Of a stretch of 32,000 bases of DNA, positions 1 to 10,509 are shown piece by piece. Each line of letters begins with the position of its first letter. Positions within the stretch are counted from its first letter, which is position 1. Made by a program: the position numbers and the translations under genes. This DNA comes from an uncultured bacterium. GTDB taxonomy: Bacteria; Margulisbacteria; WOR-1; CAVSGV01. The notes beneath the pieces were generated by a model. That model saw nothing but the letters and a program-made list of their open reading frames with translations. It was not told where the DNA came from and made no database searches. The stretch covers positions 30,001-62,000 of the forward strand of contig OY969425.1 in assembly GCA_963699255.1 (NCBI GenBank), written 5' to 3'.

Positions 1-11
1 TTTAAAAACCA

Positions 12-40
12 GTGAAATTTACGACGAAACCTGCCGATAT
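12..40 (+). promoter_or_regulatory. Sigma28-like promoter candidate P1 upstream of the 1459-aa gene
   Basis: GTGAAATTTA-N11-GCCGATAT; compare the FliA consensus TAAAGTTT-N11-GCCGATAA; the same architecture is seen at three other intergenic sites. Confidence 0.5.
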
Positions 41-106
41 ATATATGTCGGAAATAAGGCCGAAAATCGACTTAACGCGGCCAAAATATATTAGGGGGAA
101 ATACAA

Positions 107-3100
107 ATGGGTGAGCAAGTAAGACTGGGAACGACCACGGATTATTATAGTCCGCAGCCGATAGATGTAGGGCACGATAAAGTAACCGGAGAAGAAATAT
201 ACAGGCAGAGAACTTACGCGAAATGCAGCGTGGGCAAACAGAGCAACCTGACATTGGATGCCGCGCTTGATGAGGTTGAATCAGAGAAGATAGATTATCT
301 GAATAAAAAACAGCCGTCACAGGCCTTTGGATGCATGATCCAGGCAGCCGGACTTTACGGGAACAGGGACGACATTGGCGACCGGAAAAAAGCATATTTA
401 TTGCTCCGCAAAATAATAGTCCTGGCAAGCAAAGATACGATAGAAAGAACGAAAAAGACCATTGCCTATGGCGTGCCGGGCGGAGAAATAACAACCGCTG
501 AATTTGCAACATTTGACCCTAAGTTTTTGAAAGATCCCCAGGTGCAGGAAGCCCAGGCGAAGATCGCTATAGCTGATCTGGTCCTGAAGCAGCTGAACGA
601 CAATGAGGTCCCGGATGTTAAGGTTGTAGACCCAAAGATCACAGACGCGACAGCCTACGCGATAAGCTGCTGCCAGTCCGCGAGAACCGCCCTTAACGCG
701 TTTAAATACAAAGACGATTTCAATATAAGCAAGAGCTACATACTAGAGGCAAAATTGATGGCTTTGAGTAAAGCATCGGATGACGATGTCCGCGCGAAAC
801 TTAAGTCAGCGCACATCGATTGGAACGCGATCAAAGACCGCGTTTCGGATGATCCGAATGTCAAAGATGAAAGCCTGAGGCCGGCCGGGATGAGCAAGGA
901 TGACTACATTGAAGAGATCAGGAAAGGCACCGTATACATCAATGCGTGGGCGATGGTTGAAGACGCGCATCTTACCGACCAGAAGGTGAACGTCAGCACG
1001 GAGGACATATCCGCGAAGATAGGTTTATGCAGTGATGCTCATGTAATGCTTTCCGGCAAGGACACGGACAACGGCATAGACAAGGCAAAGGATTATATTA
1101 ACCACGACGCGTTTTTAACAGAGGCGAACCTTACCGCGAAACTTGCCCGCCTTAACATTAATGATCCGGACAAATATAGGGGCGGCTTGAATGACGCAAG
1201 GGCCCTGTATAAAGAAATATCGGAGAAAACCGCGTTCAGTGATATAAAAGCTATCGCGATCGCAGCAAAAATATCCATCGATATGGAGCTTGGCGAATTC
1301 ACATGGGATGACGCGAAAAGTGCTTTAGAGGCTTATTTTGATCCAACAACCAGCACATTTCCCCTTAAATCCCCATTCGCTGAAAATTCATTCACATACC
1401 TGTCCATGGAGCTCCTGGAGGCCCAGCTGAGGAATACAACGCAAAGGAAGAAAGTGTGGGTCCCCGGCTGCGGCGATTGCACATATAAAACGAAGACCGA
1501 AGTTGCTGATTATACCCTCGCGGGGATAAGGACGGACAACGTGAAAAAGGCCATTAAAGCCAGATCAGTTAAGGCGGTCAGGGATCCGGAGGCGCTGAAC
1601 GACCTTAATATCAGGGCAAGTCTTGAACACGCCAGATCAACAGCTTTGGAAGGCATAGCGCTAAGGGACGATATCGCCAAAAGGGCGAAATTCAATGACG
1701 ACGCCATAAAAGAGCTTACGGATATCCTGGGCCCCACCGGCCTTAATGAAACCACGGACAATATATTGAACAATCTCGGCGGCAAGAGAAAAATGGAAAG
1801 CTCCTTCTATGTGACGCTGTGGGGGGAATGGGCGAATTACCTGGAGCAGATAGCGTGGCTGGACAGCAAGGATAAGCCGGGAGACATGAACATATTTAAA
1901 GCCGCCAATGACAAATACGATGAAACAATAAAGCTCTGCGGTTATTCAAAGGCCACATATGACAAAGGGGTAGCGGGGCAGGAAAGCGCCAGGAAGCAAA
2001 TGATAAAGCTTTCCAAGGACAACATTAAAAATTCCGTGGAGAATAATATTGAAGTTGCCGCGCTTACCAACCCGGACGCGCAAAAGGCGATAACCGCTTT
2101 GGATGGTGTTATCAAGAACATCGGCGACTTCAAGATACCGTCCGAGTTCAAAGGCACGCAGCTGGTAAAAATGCAGGCGGAATTGAACAGGAGAAAGCTG
2201 GAGATCCGCTGCAAAGAGGTGTTCTACATAAACAAACAGCCGACCAGCTACCTTTACACCAGCAGCAAGACGAACGCTCCGATCAGCGCGGATGACAAGA
2301 AAAAAGATGTCAGCGCGGATGACAAGATAAAAGATGTCAGCGCGGATGACAAGAAAAAAGATGTCAGCGCGGATGACAAGATAAAAGAGCTGTATCAGCA
2401 GATCAATGACCTGGCGGACAAAACGCTCCCGTACCTGGATACCCCGTATTATTCCATTTTGAACCTGTTCGGGGTGAATTCTGTTTACATGAGGATAAAT
2501 AAAGATGCGGCCGCGGACGAGATAGTCGCGCTGTACGGCAATTATATAAAGGGAAAGGATTTTGAAACAACTTACGACATGATAGACCCCCTTGCGAATG
2601 CCGCTTTAATAAGGACCGGCAGAATTAAAACAGCAAAGGGAGCCGACACAAATCTTAAGGGCGAGATAATGGATTATCTAACTACATTATTAACGGGATC
2701 CAAGACGACGGCTGCTGACAAGGCGAAAGCTTATGTCTGGAAAGCGCGCATGAATGTCTGGTTCAAGGATAGCCAGGATCTAAACCAAGCGTTGAAAGAT
2801 TATGACGAGGCGATCAAACTTTACGGCACTATTACGGACGGCAATAAGCTTTACGGGAACGGCGCGTCAAAACTGGCTGTAATGGAGGAGCGATCGTTCG
2901 CCCAGTTCATGCTCGTGAACGATACCAAGAAAGGCGACGCGAATGCGAAGGATAGAATCGGTCAATACCAGCAGATCGCCAAGTATATCAACGATAATAT
3001 CCTTAAGGGGGCCGCAACGACCGGCTTGAGCGAGGAGATCGCGAAGAAAGTGGATAAGCAGGACGCGGCGGCAAAAATAAAGGCGCGCCTCACCCTGATA

Positions 3101-4486
3101 TCCATGACCATGGGCATCGCCGAACCTCTGAAAAAGGGCCTCCTGGCGGATCCAGTGATGGTCACGGCGGTTACGGATATCTGCGGCGAGAACATCACGG
3201 ACGAGAACAAGCTTTTTGTCAAAACGGAAGAATTGTTCAATAGCGTTACAGCCGATATAAAAAAGCTTGGATTGATCGATACTGAGATGGTGAGCCTGGG
3301 GATAGATGTTCCCACTGTTTACGCGCGCATGGCCGAAAACTACATGATCCTGGCGTTAGAAGCCATGGTGCCTGGCAGAGATATTGATGATGCTGATGAT
3401 TTATTAGAAGACTTGAAGGACGAGAAAGCCTCAATGGAAAATACTAATACCAGCTCAATGCCGGCAAAACGACTCGAACGGTTCAATCAAAACATGAAAG
3501 CGATTTCAGACGCGATCCTTAAAGTAAGTTCCGCCCTGACTCAAGTTCAGAGCAAGAAGAACATTATTGCCCAGAACGCGCAAAAATACATCGAAAATAT
3601 GAACAACTATTTAACTAAAGCTGCAAGTATCGCGGAAAAGGACGCTAACAGCTTAGCGCAGGCTAAAGCCCTTCTTGTTCAGGCGCAATACGCAGGCTGG
3701 ACTGCGGGAAGTGATATTGACAAGTTAAAGGTAGCTCGAGGGTTATATGAAAAAGTCATCAGCATAAATCCCGTCGCTATGGATATGAAGGCGAAATTGG
3801 ACTATGCCGGCGTGATCTCGATCATATCGTTAAGGCTCCTGAAAACTGACAAAACAGCGGCGGCGGATGTAGCCAATATAGCCATAAGCAAATATAAAGA
3901 GGTAAAGACGAATGACGATATCGCTCTTGGCGCCAGGGCTTGCATAGAAATGGCGAATCTTCAAGCTGCGTTCGCAGTTGAAGATGGGACCAAGCTGAGG
4001 GAGGCGCGGGCAAGTGTCTACGACGCCCTTATAAAACTTACAGGATCGAAACAGGATACCATGGGATACATTAACCTGGTGAACGGCATGATCAACCTGA
4101 ATAAGCCCGTCGATAAAACAATAATACAAGCCCTCTGCTATCTTGGCGTGATCGAAGCCAGATTGTACACGTCAAAGACTAACCTGACGGAGCCGCAAAG
4201 ATTGGCGGGGTATAATGCGATAAAAGGGATTATGGGCGGGATCGGAACTGTTACCGGCGGCATATACGGTATTATCAAGCAGCAGAATCTGGAAGGTGAC
4301 GCCTCATTGAAAGTAGTTATGAAGCAATTTATGGATTTTAAGGCTGAGGTGGTGCTTGCCTGGGGAGATGCCGGAGGAGACGAGTCAACTGATGAATATA
4401 AACAGGCAAGCTACAAAACGTCTAACTATGATGCCAGGGTGCAAGAAGCCATAGAGAAATTAAAAAAATTAGAGGATATAAAATAG
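107..4486 (+). CDS. Large (1459 aa) predominantly alpha-helical, TPR/solenoid-like protein of unknown function; contains a 9-aa x4 tandem repeat
   Basis: Long open frame with SD-like 'aggggga' upstream of ATG; helical Ala/Lys/Asp-rich composition with many 'YD.AIKL..' segments reminiscent of TPRs; no obvious Sec signal peptide. Confidence 0.85.
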   Translation: MGEQVRLGTTTDYYSPQPIDVGHDKVTGEEIYRQRTYAKCSVGKQSNLTLDAALDEVESEKIDYLNKKQPSQAFGCMIQAAGLYGNRDDIGDRKKAYLLLRKIIVLASKDTIERTKKTIAYGVPGGEITTAEFATFDPKFLKDPQVQEAQAKIAIADLVLKQLNDNEVPDVKVVDPKITDATAYAISCCQSARTALNAFKYKDDFNISKSYILEAKLMALSKASDDDVRAKLKSAHIDWNAIKDRVSDDPNVKDESLRPAGMSKDDYIEEIRKGTVYINAWAMVEDAHLTDQKVNVSTEDISAKIGLCSDAHVMLSGKDTDNGIDKAKDYINHDAFLTEANLTAKLARLNINDPDKYRGGLNDARALYKEISEKTAFSDIKAIAIAAKISIDMELGEFTWDDAKSALEAYFDPTTSTFPLKSPFAENSFTYLSMELLEAQLRNTTQRKKVWVPGCGDCTYKTKTEVADYTLAGIRTDNVKKAIKARSVKAVRDPEALNDLNIRASLEHARSTALEGIALRDDIAKRAKFNDDAIKELTDILGPTGLNETTDNILNNLGGKRKMESSFYVTLWGEWANYLEQIAWLDSKDKPGDMNIFKAANDKYDETIKLCGYSKATYDKGVAGQESARKQMIKLSKDNIKNSVENNIEVAALTNPDAQKAITALDGVIKNIGDFKIPSEFKGTQLVKMQAELNRRKLEIRCKEVFYINKQPTSYLYTSSKTNAPISADDKKKDVSADDKIKDVSADDKKKDVSADDKIKELYQQINDLADKTLPYLDTPYYSILNLFGVNSVYMRINKDAAADEIVALYGNYIKGKDFETTYDMIDPLANAALIRTGRIKTAKGADTNLKGEIMDYLTTLLTGSKTTAADKAKAYVWKARMNVWFKDSQDLNQALKDYDEAIKLYGTITDGNKLYGNGASKLAVMEERSFAQFMLVNDTKKGDANAKDRIGQYQQIAKYINDNILKGAATTGLSEEIAKKVDKQDAAAKIKARLTLISMTMGIAEPLKKGLLADPVMVTAVTDICGENITDENKLFVKTEELFNSVTADIKKLGLIDTEMVSLGIDVPTVYARMAENYMILALEAMVPGRDIDDADDLLEDLKDEKASMENTNTSSMPAKRLERFNQNMKAISDAILKVSSALTQVQSKKNIIAQNAQKYIENMNNYLTKAASIAEKDANSLAQAKALLVQAQYAGWTAGSDIDKLKVARGLYEKVISINPVAMDMKAKLDYAGVISIISLRLLKTDKTAAADVANIAISKYKEVKTNDDIALGARACIEMANLQAAFAVEDGTKLREARASVYDALIKLTGSKQDTMGYINLVNGMINLNKPVDKTIIQALCYLGVIEARLYTSKTNLTEPQRLAGYNAIKGIMGGIGTVTGGIYGIIKQQNLEGDASLKVVMKQFMDFKAEVVLAWGDAGGDESTDEYKQASYKTSNYDARVQEAIEKLKKLEDIK
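2285..2392 (+). repeat. 27-bp in-frame tandem repeat x4 (SADDKKKDV/SADDKIKDV)
   Basis: agcgcggatgacaagaWaaaagatgtc repeated at 2285, 2312, 2339 and 2366, alternating aaa/ata, so there is also a 54-bp higher-order unit. Confidence 0.95.
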
Positions 4487-4499
4487 GGGAGACGAAAAA

Positions 4500-6587
4500 A
4501 TGAGCTCAGCCGGTAGAATATCAGGTTCCATGTACCAGACGTTTTCTAGCGATTCCATCGCTCAGGATACCGTACACATACGCAACAATAAAATATCAAA
4601 GGAAGACCTGAAAAGGATAACGTCGCAGAAGGATGCGAACAGTAAAACAGTTTCTATCGTTTTCGATCAGAACGAAGTTGGCAAGAATGACCAGAGTCAA
4701 ACCCAGCCGCAGGGCCAGCAAACACAGACCCAGCCAAAGGATACGACAAACAATGTGACCAGGCAGCCGTTCGAGTTCCCCGGATGGAAAGATGCCGAGC
4801 AGCTAAAAAAATATCAAGAGATCGAAAATGACATTCTTTGCGCGGATATAAACTATTATAACGGCAACATACCGGAATTTCACAAATACAGCGATTGGGC
4901 TATAGGTAATGGATATAAAAAGGATTCACCGTCAGGAAAGCGGTTTTGGCCCCAATTCAGGGAAATATCGCTCTATACCAAACCGATCATCCAAGTGTCC
5001 AGTTATTGGTCCAAAAGCAATATCAGGCCGGAATTTGTGAATTTTATAGATGAGAATAATATGGGCGCGGATGGGAAGATGCTGACGGACGGGGTGAAGC
5101 AGCCCTGGGAAAAATACTCATACATTTATAATGCCGATAGTACTAAGATAATCAGGCCCGATTATAAATTAAGCGATGTTAAACAGCCGCAGAACGCGTT
5201 GACAACGCAGGTCTCATACATAATCCCGAATTTTGACTTTGAGGGCAAAGGTTTTAACACCAAAAATGCCAAAGACCGGATACTGGACCTTCAGGGGACC
5301 CTGATCGTGGACCTGCTCAAGACCGACTACAACGGGACCCTCAACACAGGGTTCAACTTATACTCTTTTATCAATCCCGATCATCCTGAATATACTCTGA
5401 ATTACCTGAAGAAACTTAACGGGAATGAATATACGGCATGCGAATTCGGGCCTGTTTATTCCCAGCATGTGTTATTCGGACTCGCCCAGCCTTTGTTCGG
5501 CACGCTTCCCGAAATGCCTCAAGCGATCCGCTGGCTGGTCCCTATTTTAGTGAACAAGCTGTCGGCAACATATGAGAACACACTGACGGAAATGAGCATG
5601 AGAGCTTTTCCGAATTACGCGTACAACGAATCGACAAAGAACCTGGCGAATTATATATACGATTATGCACACAATGAATCCACCAACATCCTGGCGCCGG
5701 AGGGAATTAAGGGACTTTTTGTCAGCGACCTCCAGTCTCTCACGCTTGGTTTTGAGTCTCGAACGCTGACGATGTTAAAGAACAAATGGCCGTATTCGAT
5801 ATATCCCGCCCTGATATTCAAGTATAAATTCTCCTGGCTTTCCAGCAACATGCCGGACCCGTATTATCTGTCCGAAAAGTATTATGTCCCGCCTTTTTAT
5901 GATAAGGACGTTAAGCTTACCCAGGCCCAGAGGGACACCATAATGAACGATTATGTCAATAATTACCTGCCGGAGAGAAGTGAAAATAAGGGACTTACCG
6001 CCAACGAGATGACTCTCGGCGCGAGGGTGAATTTCCCGGGCTTTGCGCAGCTCCTTACCGGCATGGGGATCCTGAGCATCCCTGACGGAGGGGCCGACCA
6101 GACAAAGACCCTTTTTCAGTACACCATCACCGGTTATGATCCGATACGGAACACGGGGGGGAACGGGCTTTCCCCGGCATATCTGAACCACTTCGCGGAG
6201 TATCATCTGGATGAGTCCGGCAACCTTGTGAAGGTGGGCAGCAACTATCACGCGCCGATAGAGCCGTATAAAGGGCATTCATGGCGTTTTTCACTGGACA
6301 ACAATATCAGACTGAGCAAGGGCCCCGATCTGGATGATAAGGGAAATGACATAACCACAGGGATCTACATGCCTGTTGGATTCAGCATAGGCGGAGGCAG
6401 CTACACGGTGGGTGGAGTTAAGAAGCACTCGTCCGAGTGGAGCTTCAATATAGGACTGGGCATAACGGACCAGGCGACCTTAAGATACACCATATCCAAG
6501 AACAACAACGGGTATGATTATGATGAGGCCGTTCAATCCTTGACGTTCACATGGATGTTCGACGAACCGAAGAAACATAAGAAATGA
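4500..6587 (+). CDS. Beta-strand-rich, possibly outer-membrane or surface protein (695 aa), family unknown
   Basis: ORF with RBS 'ggggagac' 13 nt after the previous stop; C-terminal alternating strands (SFNIGLGITDQATLRYTI...SLTFTWMF); N-terminus MSSAGRISGSMYQTFSSDSIAQDTV has no hydrophobic signal. Confidence 0.8.
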   Translation: MSSAGRISGSMYQTFSSDSIAQDTVHIRNNKISKEDLKRITSQKDANSKTVSIVFDQNEVGKNDQSQTQPQGQQTQTQPKDTTNNVTRQPFEFPGWKDAEQLKKYQEIENDILCADINYYNGNIPEFHKYSDWAIGNGYKKDSPSGKRFWPQFREISLYTKPIIQVSSYWSKSNIRPEFVNFIDENNMGADGKMLTDGVKQPWEKYSYIYNADSTKIIRPDYKLSDVKQPQNALTTQVSYIIPNFDFEGKGFNTKNAKDRILDLQGTLIVDLLKTDYNGTLNTGFNLYSFINPDHPEYTLNYLKKLNGNEYTACEFGPVYSQHVLFGLAQPLFGTLPEMPQAIRWLVPILVNKLSATYENTLTEMSMRAFPNYAYNESTKNLANYIYDYAHNESTNILAPEGIKGLFVSDLQSLTLGFESRTLTMLKNKWPYSIYPALIFKYKFSWLSSNMPDPYYLSEKYYVPPFYDKDVKLTQAQRDTIMNDYVNNYLPERSENKGLTANEMTLGARVNFPGFAQLLTGMGILSIPDGGADQTKTLFQYTITGYDPIRNTGGNGLSPAYLNHFAEYHLDESGNLVKVGSNYHAPIEPYKGHSWRFSLDNNIRLSKGPDLDDKGNDITTGIYMPVGFSIGGGSYTVGGVKKHSSEWSFNIGLGITDQATLRYTISKNNNGYDYDEAVQSLTFTWMFDEPKKHKK

Positions 6588-6630
6588 GCCGCGCTTTAAG
6601 GATTTTCCCGTCCAGAAAAATCATTAAAAA

Positions 6631-6659
6631 CTGAAATTCTTCATAAGATCCGACGATAA
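6631..6659 (+). promoter_or_regulatory. Sigma28-like promoter candidate P2 upstream of the 601-aa gene
   Basis: CTGAAATTCT-N11-GACGATAA in the 134-nt gap before the ATG at 6722, with the same spacing as P1, P3 and P4. Confidence 0.45.
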
Positions 6660-6721
6660 TATAGTATAGGGAAAAAGCGTCTTTCGGGCTTGAGCGTAGC
6701 ATATAAGGAGATAAACAGTAT

Positions 6722-8527
6722 ATGGACCCTATTAATAGTATATCGAATAATTCCCTGTTATATCAGCAGAGCGATACGACCTCCTCGGCGCAGGATACAA
6801 CAAAAAAGGCAAAGGTCAAGGTCGTGCCTCAGCCAAACCCCCATCCCCAAATTGACGCGTTCAACAAACCGGTGTTCGGGACCGGGGACATTTATTTTGT
6901 CGACAAAATCGAATGGCAGCCTTTCGGGAACGAAGTGTGGAACATAAAGGATTTCGGGAACGGGAACGATCTTGTCAATAAGAGCTCTGTCGGGCTCGGG
7001 TTGGGCGCGAACCTGACAATTCCCAGCATCGGACTTCTCAATGCTTTATCGGTGAATTATGATAACGCCGATTACACGTACGGAGGGGGCGACGCCGGGA
7101 ACAACAGGAACTTCAGCTTAAACTTGCAGACGCTGATCCCCGAAAAAAAATATCTCGATAAGGTCTTTCCATCAATAAGCGGCGACCCGCTGTTCAAGGG
7201 CAAGGAATGGTACCAGCAGCCGGCAGAAGCGCTCAGGATGTTGTGGAGATGGCCGTCCTACCTGAAAGATCAAGTGGATGGTCTTTCGGACGGCTGGAAG
7301 GCGGTCGGCATGCTTGCGGACATTCCGCTGACCGTATTAAAATTTGCCGCCGAGGATATCCCGAATTCGCTCATCGGCGGGCAGGTAAGATATTCATTCA
7401 TTGATAACAGCGAGAGGGATATCCCGAACTTTTATGATCCGTCCGTGAAAGCCGCGGGCATTAACTTGAACGCGTACTGGGCCCTGGGCAATTCTTCTTT
7501 TATAACGACTTCATACGAGCGCAGGCTGGGCACAAAGGAGTACACGCTTGGGCTTCCGCACAGGTCCGACGACAGGAACTGGGCGGTCCGCTTTGACGCG
7601 CCGAACATTCTGGATGAGAACTGGGGACTTTCTTTCCTGAGGCTCCATCCGTGGGCGGAGTTCAGGAAAGGACGGGATCAGCTGCAGATATCCTCCAGCT
7701 CCACTGTCACAACAACGGAAACGGACCCGATAACCCTGGTGGAATCAGACACGACGAATAATGTGTCCGGCAGGGCGGCCGAAATACAGATCGCGTATTC
7801 AAAGCTCAGCGGCGGGGTCAACATGTATCTCTTTGATAACAGGCTGGAGGCGGGAGTGGCACTTTCAAAAGAGACGCGCCAGATGCAGAAGGACAGGCAG
7901 ACCACCGAATATCATCTGACCTACGGGCCGGCGACCTTGAAATACTCGCAGATCCAGAACCCGATAATGTTCTACCATATGAACACGAACCTGCCGGAAG
8001 AACAGAACAGGTTCGAATTTGAATTCGATCCAAGGTACTACACTGGCAGTGCCGGGCAGTTCATTCCCAGCGTGGTCATCGGCTATGAGAAAACATGGGT
8101 GGATAACGGCGGTTTGCGTACCATTAAGGACAATTTCCCGTATTTCGGCATAAAGTTCTCATTGAGGCTGTCCGGCAGGAAGCAAAAACAGGCGGTATGC
8201 AACTACGGCAATGAACAGTTCATTAACGCTTCGGACGTTACTAACATCATGGGGAACAATAAATACACCTCGGACAGGTATCTTACGTATAAGATCGTGC
8301 AGAACTTGAAGATCGATCATGAAAAAGCACTGAAGACATGCATCTACAACATGTTGCCGAACGCCGATGATATAACAAAAGCCAAGGACAAGGAAAGAGC
8401 GAAATTAGATGACTACATAAAGGACTTCAAAACAATAGTCAGGCAGAAAGGCCTTGCTTCTGATGAGGCGACAGCAAAGAAAACCGAGATAGATAAGTAC
8501 ATAAAGGAGCTGTCAACTACCAAATGA
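6722..8527 (+). CDS. Beta-rich putative outer-membrane or surface protein (601 aa)
   Basis: RBS 'aaggaga' upstream; alternating beta-strand pattern through the middle; Ser/Thr/Gln-rich N-terminus MDPINSISNNSLLYQQSDTTSSAQDTT. Confidence 0.8.
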   Translation: MDPINSISNNSLLYQQSDTTSSAQDTTKKAKVKVVPQPNPHPQIDAFNKPVFGTGDIYFVDKIEWQPFGNEVWNIKDFGNGNDLVNKSSVGLGLGANLTIPSIGLLNALSVNYDNADYTYGGGDAGNNRNFSLNLQTLIPEKKYLDKVFPSISGDPLFKGKEWYQQPAEALRMLWRWPSYLKDQVDGLSDGWKAVGMLADIPLTVLKFAAEDIPNSLIGGQVRYSFIDNSERDIPNFYDPSVKAAGINLNAYWALGNSSFITTSYERRLGTKEYTLGLPHRSDDRNWAVRFDAPNILDENWGLSFLRLHPWAEFRKGRDQLQISSSSTVTTTETDPITLVESDTTNNVSGRAAEIQIAYSKLSGGVNMYLFDNRLEAGVALSKETRQMQKDRQTTEYHLTYGPATLKYSQIQNPIMFYHMNTNLPEEQNRFEFEFDPRYYTGSAGQFIPSVVIGYEKTWVDNGGLRTIKDNFPYFGIKFSLRLSGRKQKQAVCNYGNEQFINASDVTNIMGNNKYTSDRYLTYKIVQNLKIDHEKALKTCIYNMLPNADDITKAKDKERAKLDDYIKDFKTIVRQKGLASDEATAKKTEIDKYIKELSTTK

Positions 8528-8566
8528 TGTTAGAAAAAGTAAGGGGTGTAAAAGGGGGAATAAGAT

Positions 8567-10507
8567 ATGCCTATTAGCGCATTATCATCGGACTCAACAA
8601 GCACGGTAAAGCCGGTTATTTTAAATAATAATTTAGCAAAATCTGATTCGACAAAGACGGATTCAACGTACGTCATGCCGCTGGTCTACCCTGACGGCAC
8701 TTTCAACCAGAAACCGGCTAAAGGGAAAAAAGAGGCAAATACCTGGGGGATAACTCCTCTCATTACCGAGGATCAGAACAGGAATGGCGGCACTGTAGGG
8801 GCTAATGTGGATCTCTGGCGCTTGATGTCGAAGGACGATAAGGGCACTTTTGACTTCGGCGTTGAGAACAGGATGGGCAAGGATCTCAGCACCAATAAGA
8901 ACATGTTGAGCAAAGATCTTAATGTATACGCATATATTGATCCGGGCGTGTGCAAGATCGGGACGTTCAATAGGAACCTGAAATTCCTTGGCGAGCTTCA
9001 GATAAGGCCGACCGTGGACCTGAATTACGGCTATAACTCAGAGTTCAAAACGAACAGACTTGATGGTTTCGGGTCGTTCGCAATGGGGCTTAATAAACCG
9101 TTCCAGTCCGACAAGTTCAAACTTGTCAATTACTTTGGCTTTACTGTGGCTTATTCCGGAAGCGCCGCGCTGAGCGGAAAAAAGATGGATGTTCTCCTGG
9201 GAAATTATGAGGATAACGGGGAGGCGGCGGACAGGGAATTATCGGTGAAAACAGAGATACGGTTCGCGCCGAAACCGGGTTCAAGTATCTTTGATTTCGC
9301 GGACATATATATGAAGAACAATCTTGGGAGGGACCCCTTCAATCCGTATCTTACTTCGAGAGAGAAATTCAGGCTCGGGGGGTATCTTCAGCGTCGACAG
9401 GAGCAGGTTTATCCTTGACGTGGAGGCTTATAAGGCGCCTTCATATTATGCGGGTGATCCTTACAGCAAGAAGCTTGACCTGGATGCGTTCCTCAGATAT
9501 CAAATAGTTAATTGGGATAATAAGAAGAGCGGAGAGAACAGGAGATCCGTGGTCATTACCGGGGATGTGTCCTCGACCGGTATCTTCGGATGGTTGAACA
9601 AGGGATATCCATTTTCGCCCATTCTTTTGGAGCTTACCGCGAATATCGACCTTGGCTGGGGCCATATCAATGGATCATATCAACATATATTTAAAAGCAA
9701 ACATGTGAACGATGGACCGGTAGAGCTGATCCAACCGGGGCTTCAGACCGTGACAGCCCAATGGAACGGCATCTCGGTGGATATGTCCGGCGGGCCGTAC
9801 CAGACCACGAAAGAGGTAAGTCTTACAGCGGAGAAAATCTATGCGGATCCTAACTCCAAGCCGCAGATCACCATAAATGCGGGTAATGTGGATTATCAGA
9901 TAAGAGCCTTAGGACGGGGCCGGATGCGATCGGTGAAAATGCTCTGACCACGTGGCAGGACGGCGGATCGGCTCCTGTTAAACTATATGTAAGGAGCGTA
10001 AAGCTTATTGACAATGCCCATAACCGTATCTGGGGCCTTAATTCTGCCGGAAAATGGGTACCGCTTTCAGGGGCTCAGCCTACAACGTCGCCGGAAATCC
10101 TGCCGGAATCGAAATTTAATCTCTCCGGCGGATCGCGAACATTCACTTTTCCGGCGGATATGTGGTCAAGCCTCTTAAGCGATGGAACAAGAAGTTTTAC
10201 CGTGAAAGTGGAATACGGCGCTGATATTTCAAAGCTTCCCCCAGATATAAATGCTCTTAAAAAATACACCTCGGGGAGCAACAGAGTATTGGTCTGGGAT
10301 CCAGATCAAGGTGTCGGGTATGTGCATGATAATTACGTTAGGTGGGACGCTCAAGGCGGATGGGCAGCGTATCATTATGATGACATCAACAGGATCGTAG
10401 TTGATCCGTATGACCCGGCGCAACCGAACGATCCTAATACGAACCCGTATTATGTCGGGCTCATGAAACTGTCGACGATATTCCTTGGAACTACATTGCA
10501 GTATTAA
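8567..10507 (+). CDS. Beta-rich putative outer-membrane or surface protein (~646 aa if restored), interrupted by two compensating single-base frame changes
   Basis: ORFs 8567..9418, 9324..9947 and 10160..10507 join into one frame: ...EKFRLGG|IFSVDRSRFILDVEAYKAP... at the G6 run 9377-9382, and ...DYQIRA|LRTGPDAIGENALTTWQDGG... near 9906-9914. The total length of 1941 nt is divisible by 3 and the size matches the neighbouring genes. Confidence 0.75.
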
Positions 10508-10509
10508 AA

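Noticed and set aside
72-512. 146-aa minus-strand ORF
   Set aside because: Antisense to the start of the 1459-aa gene; no supportive features.
9377-9382. Programmed ribosomal frameshifting at G6
   Set aside because: The needed shift is +1 (or -2), and I see no typical +1 context or downstream stimulatory structure. Indel, phase variation or error is a simpler explanation.
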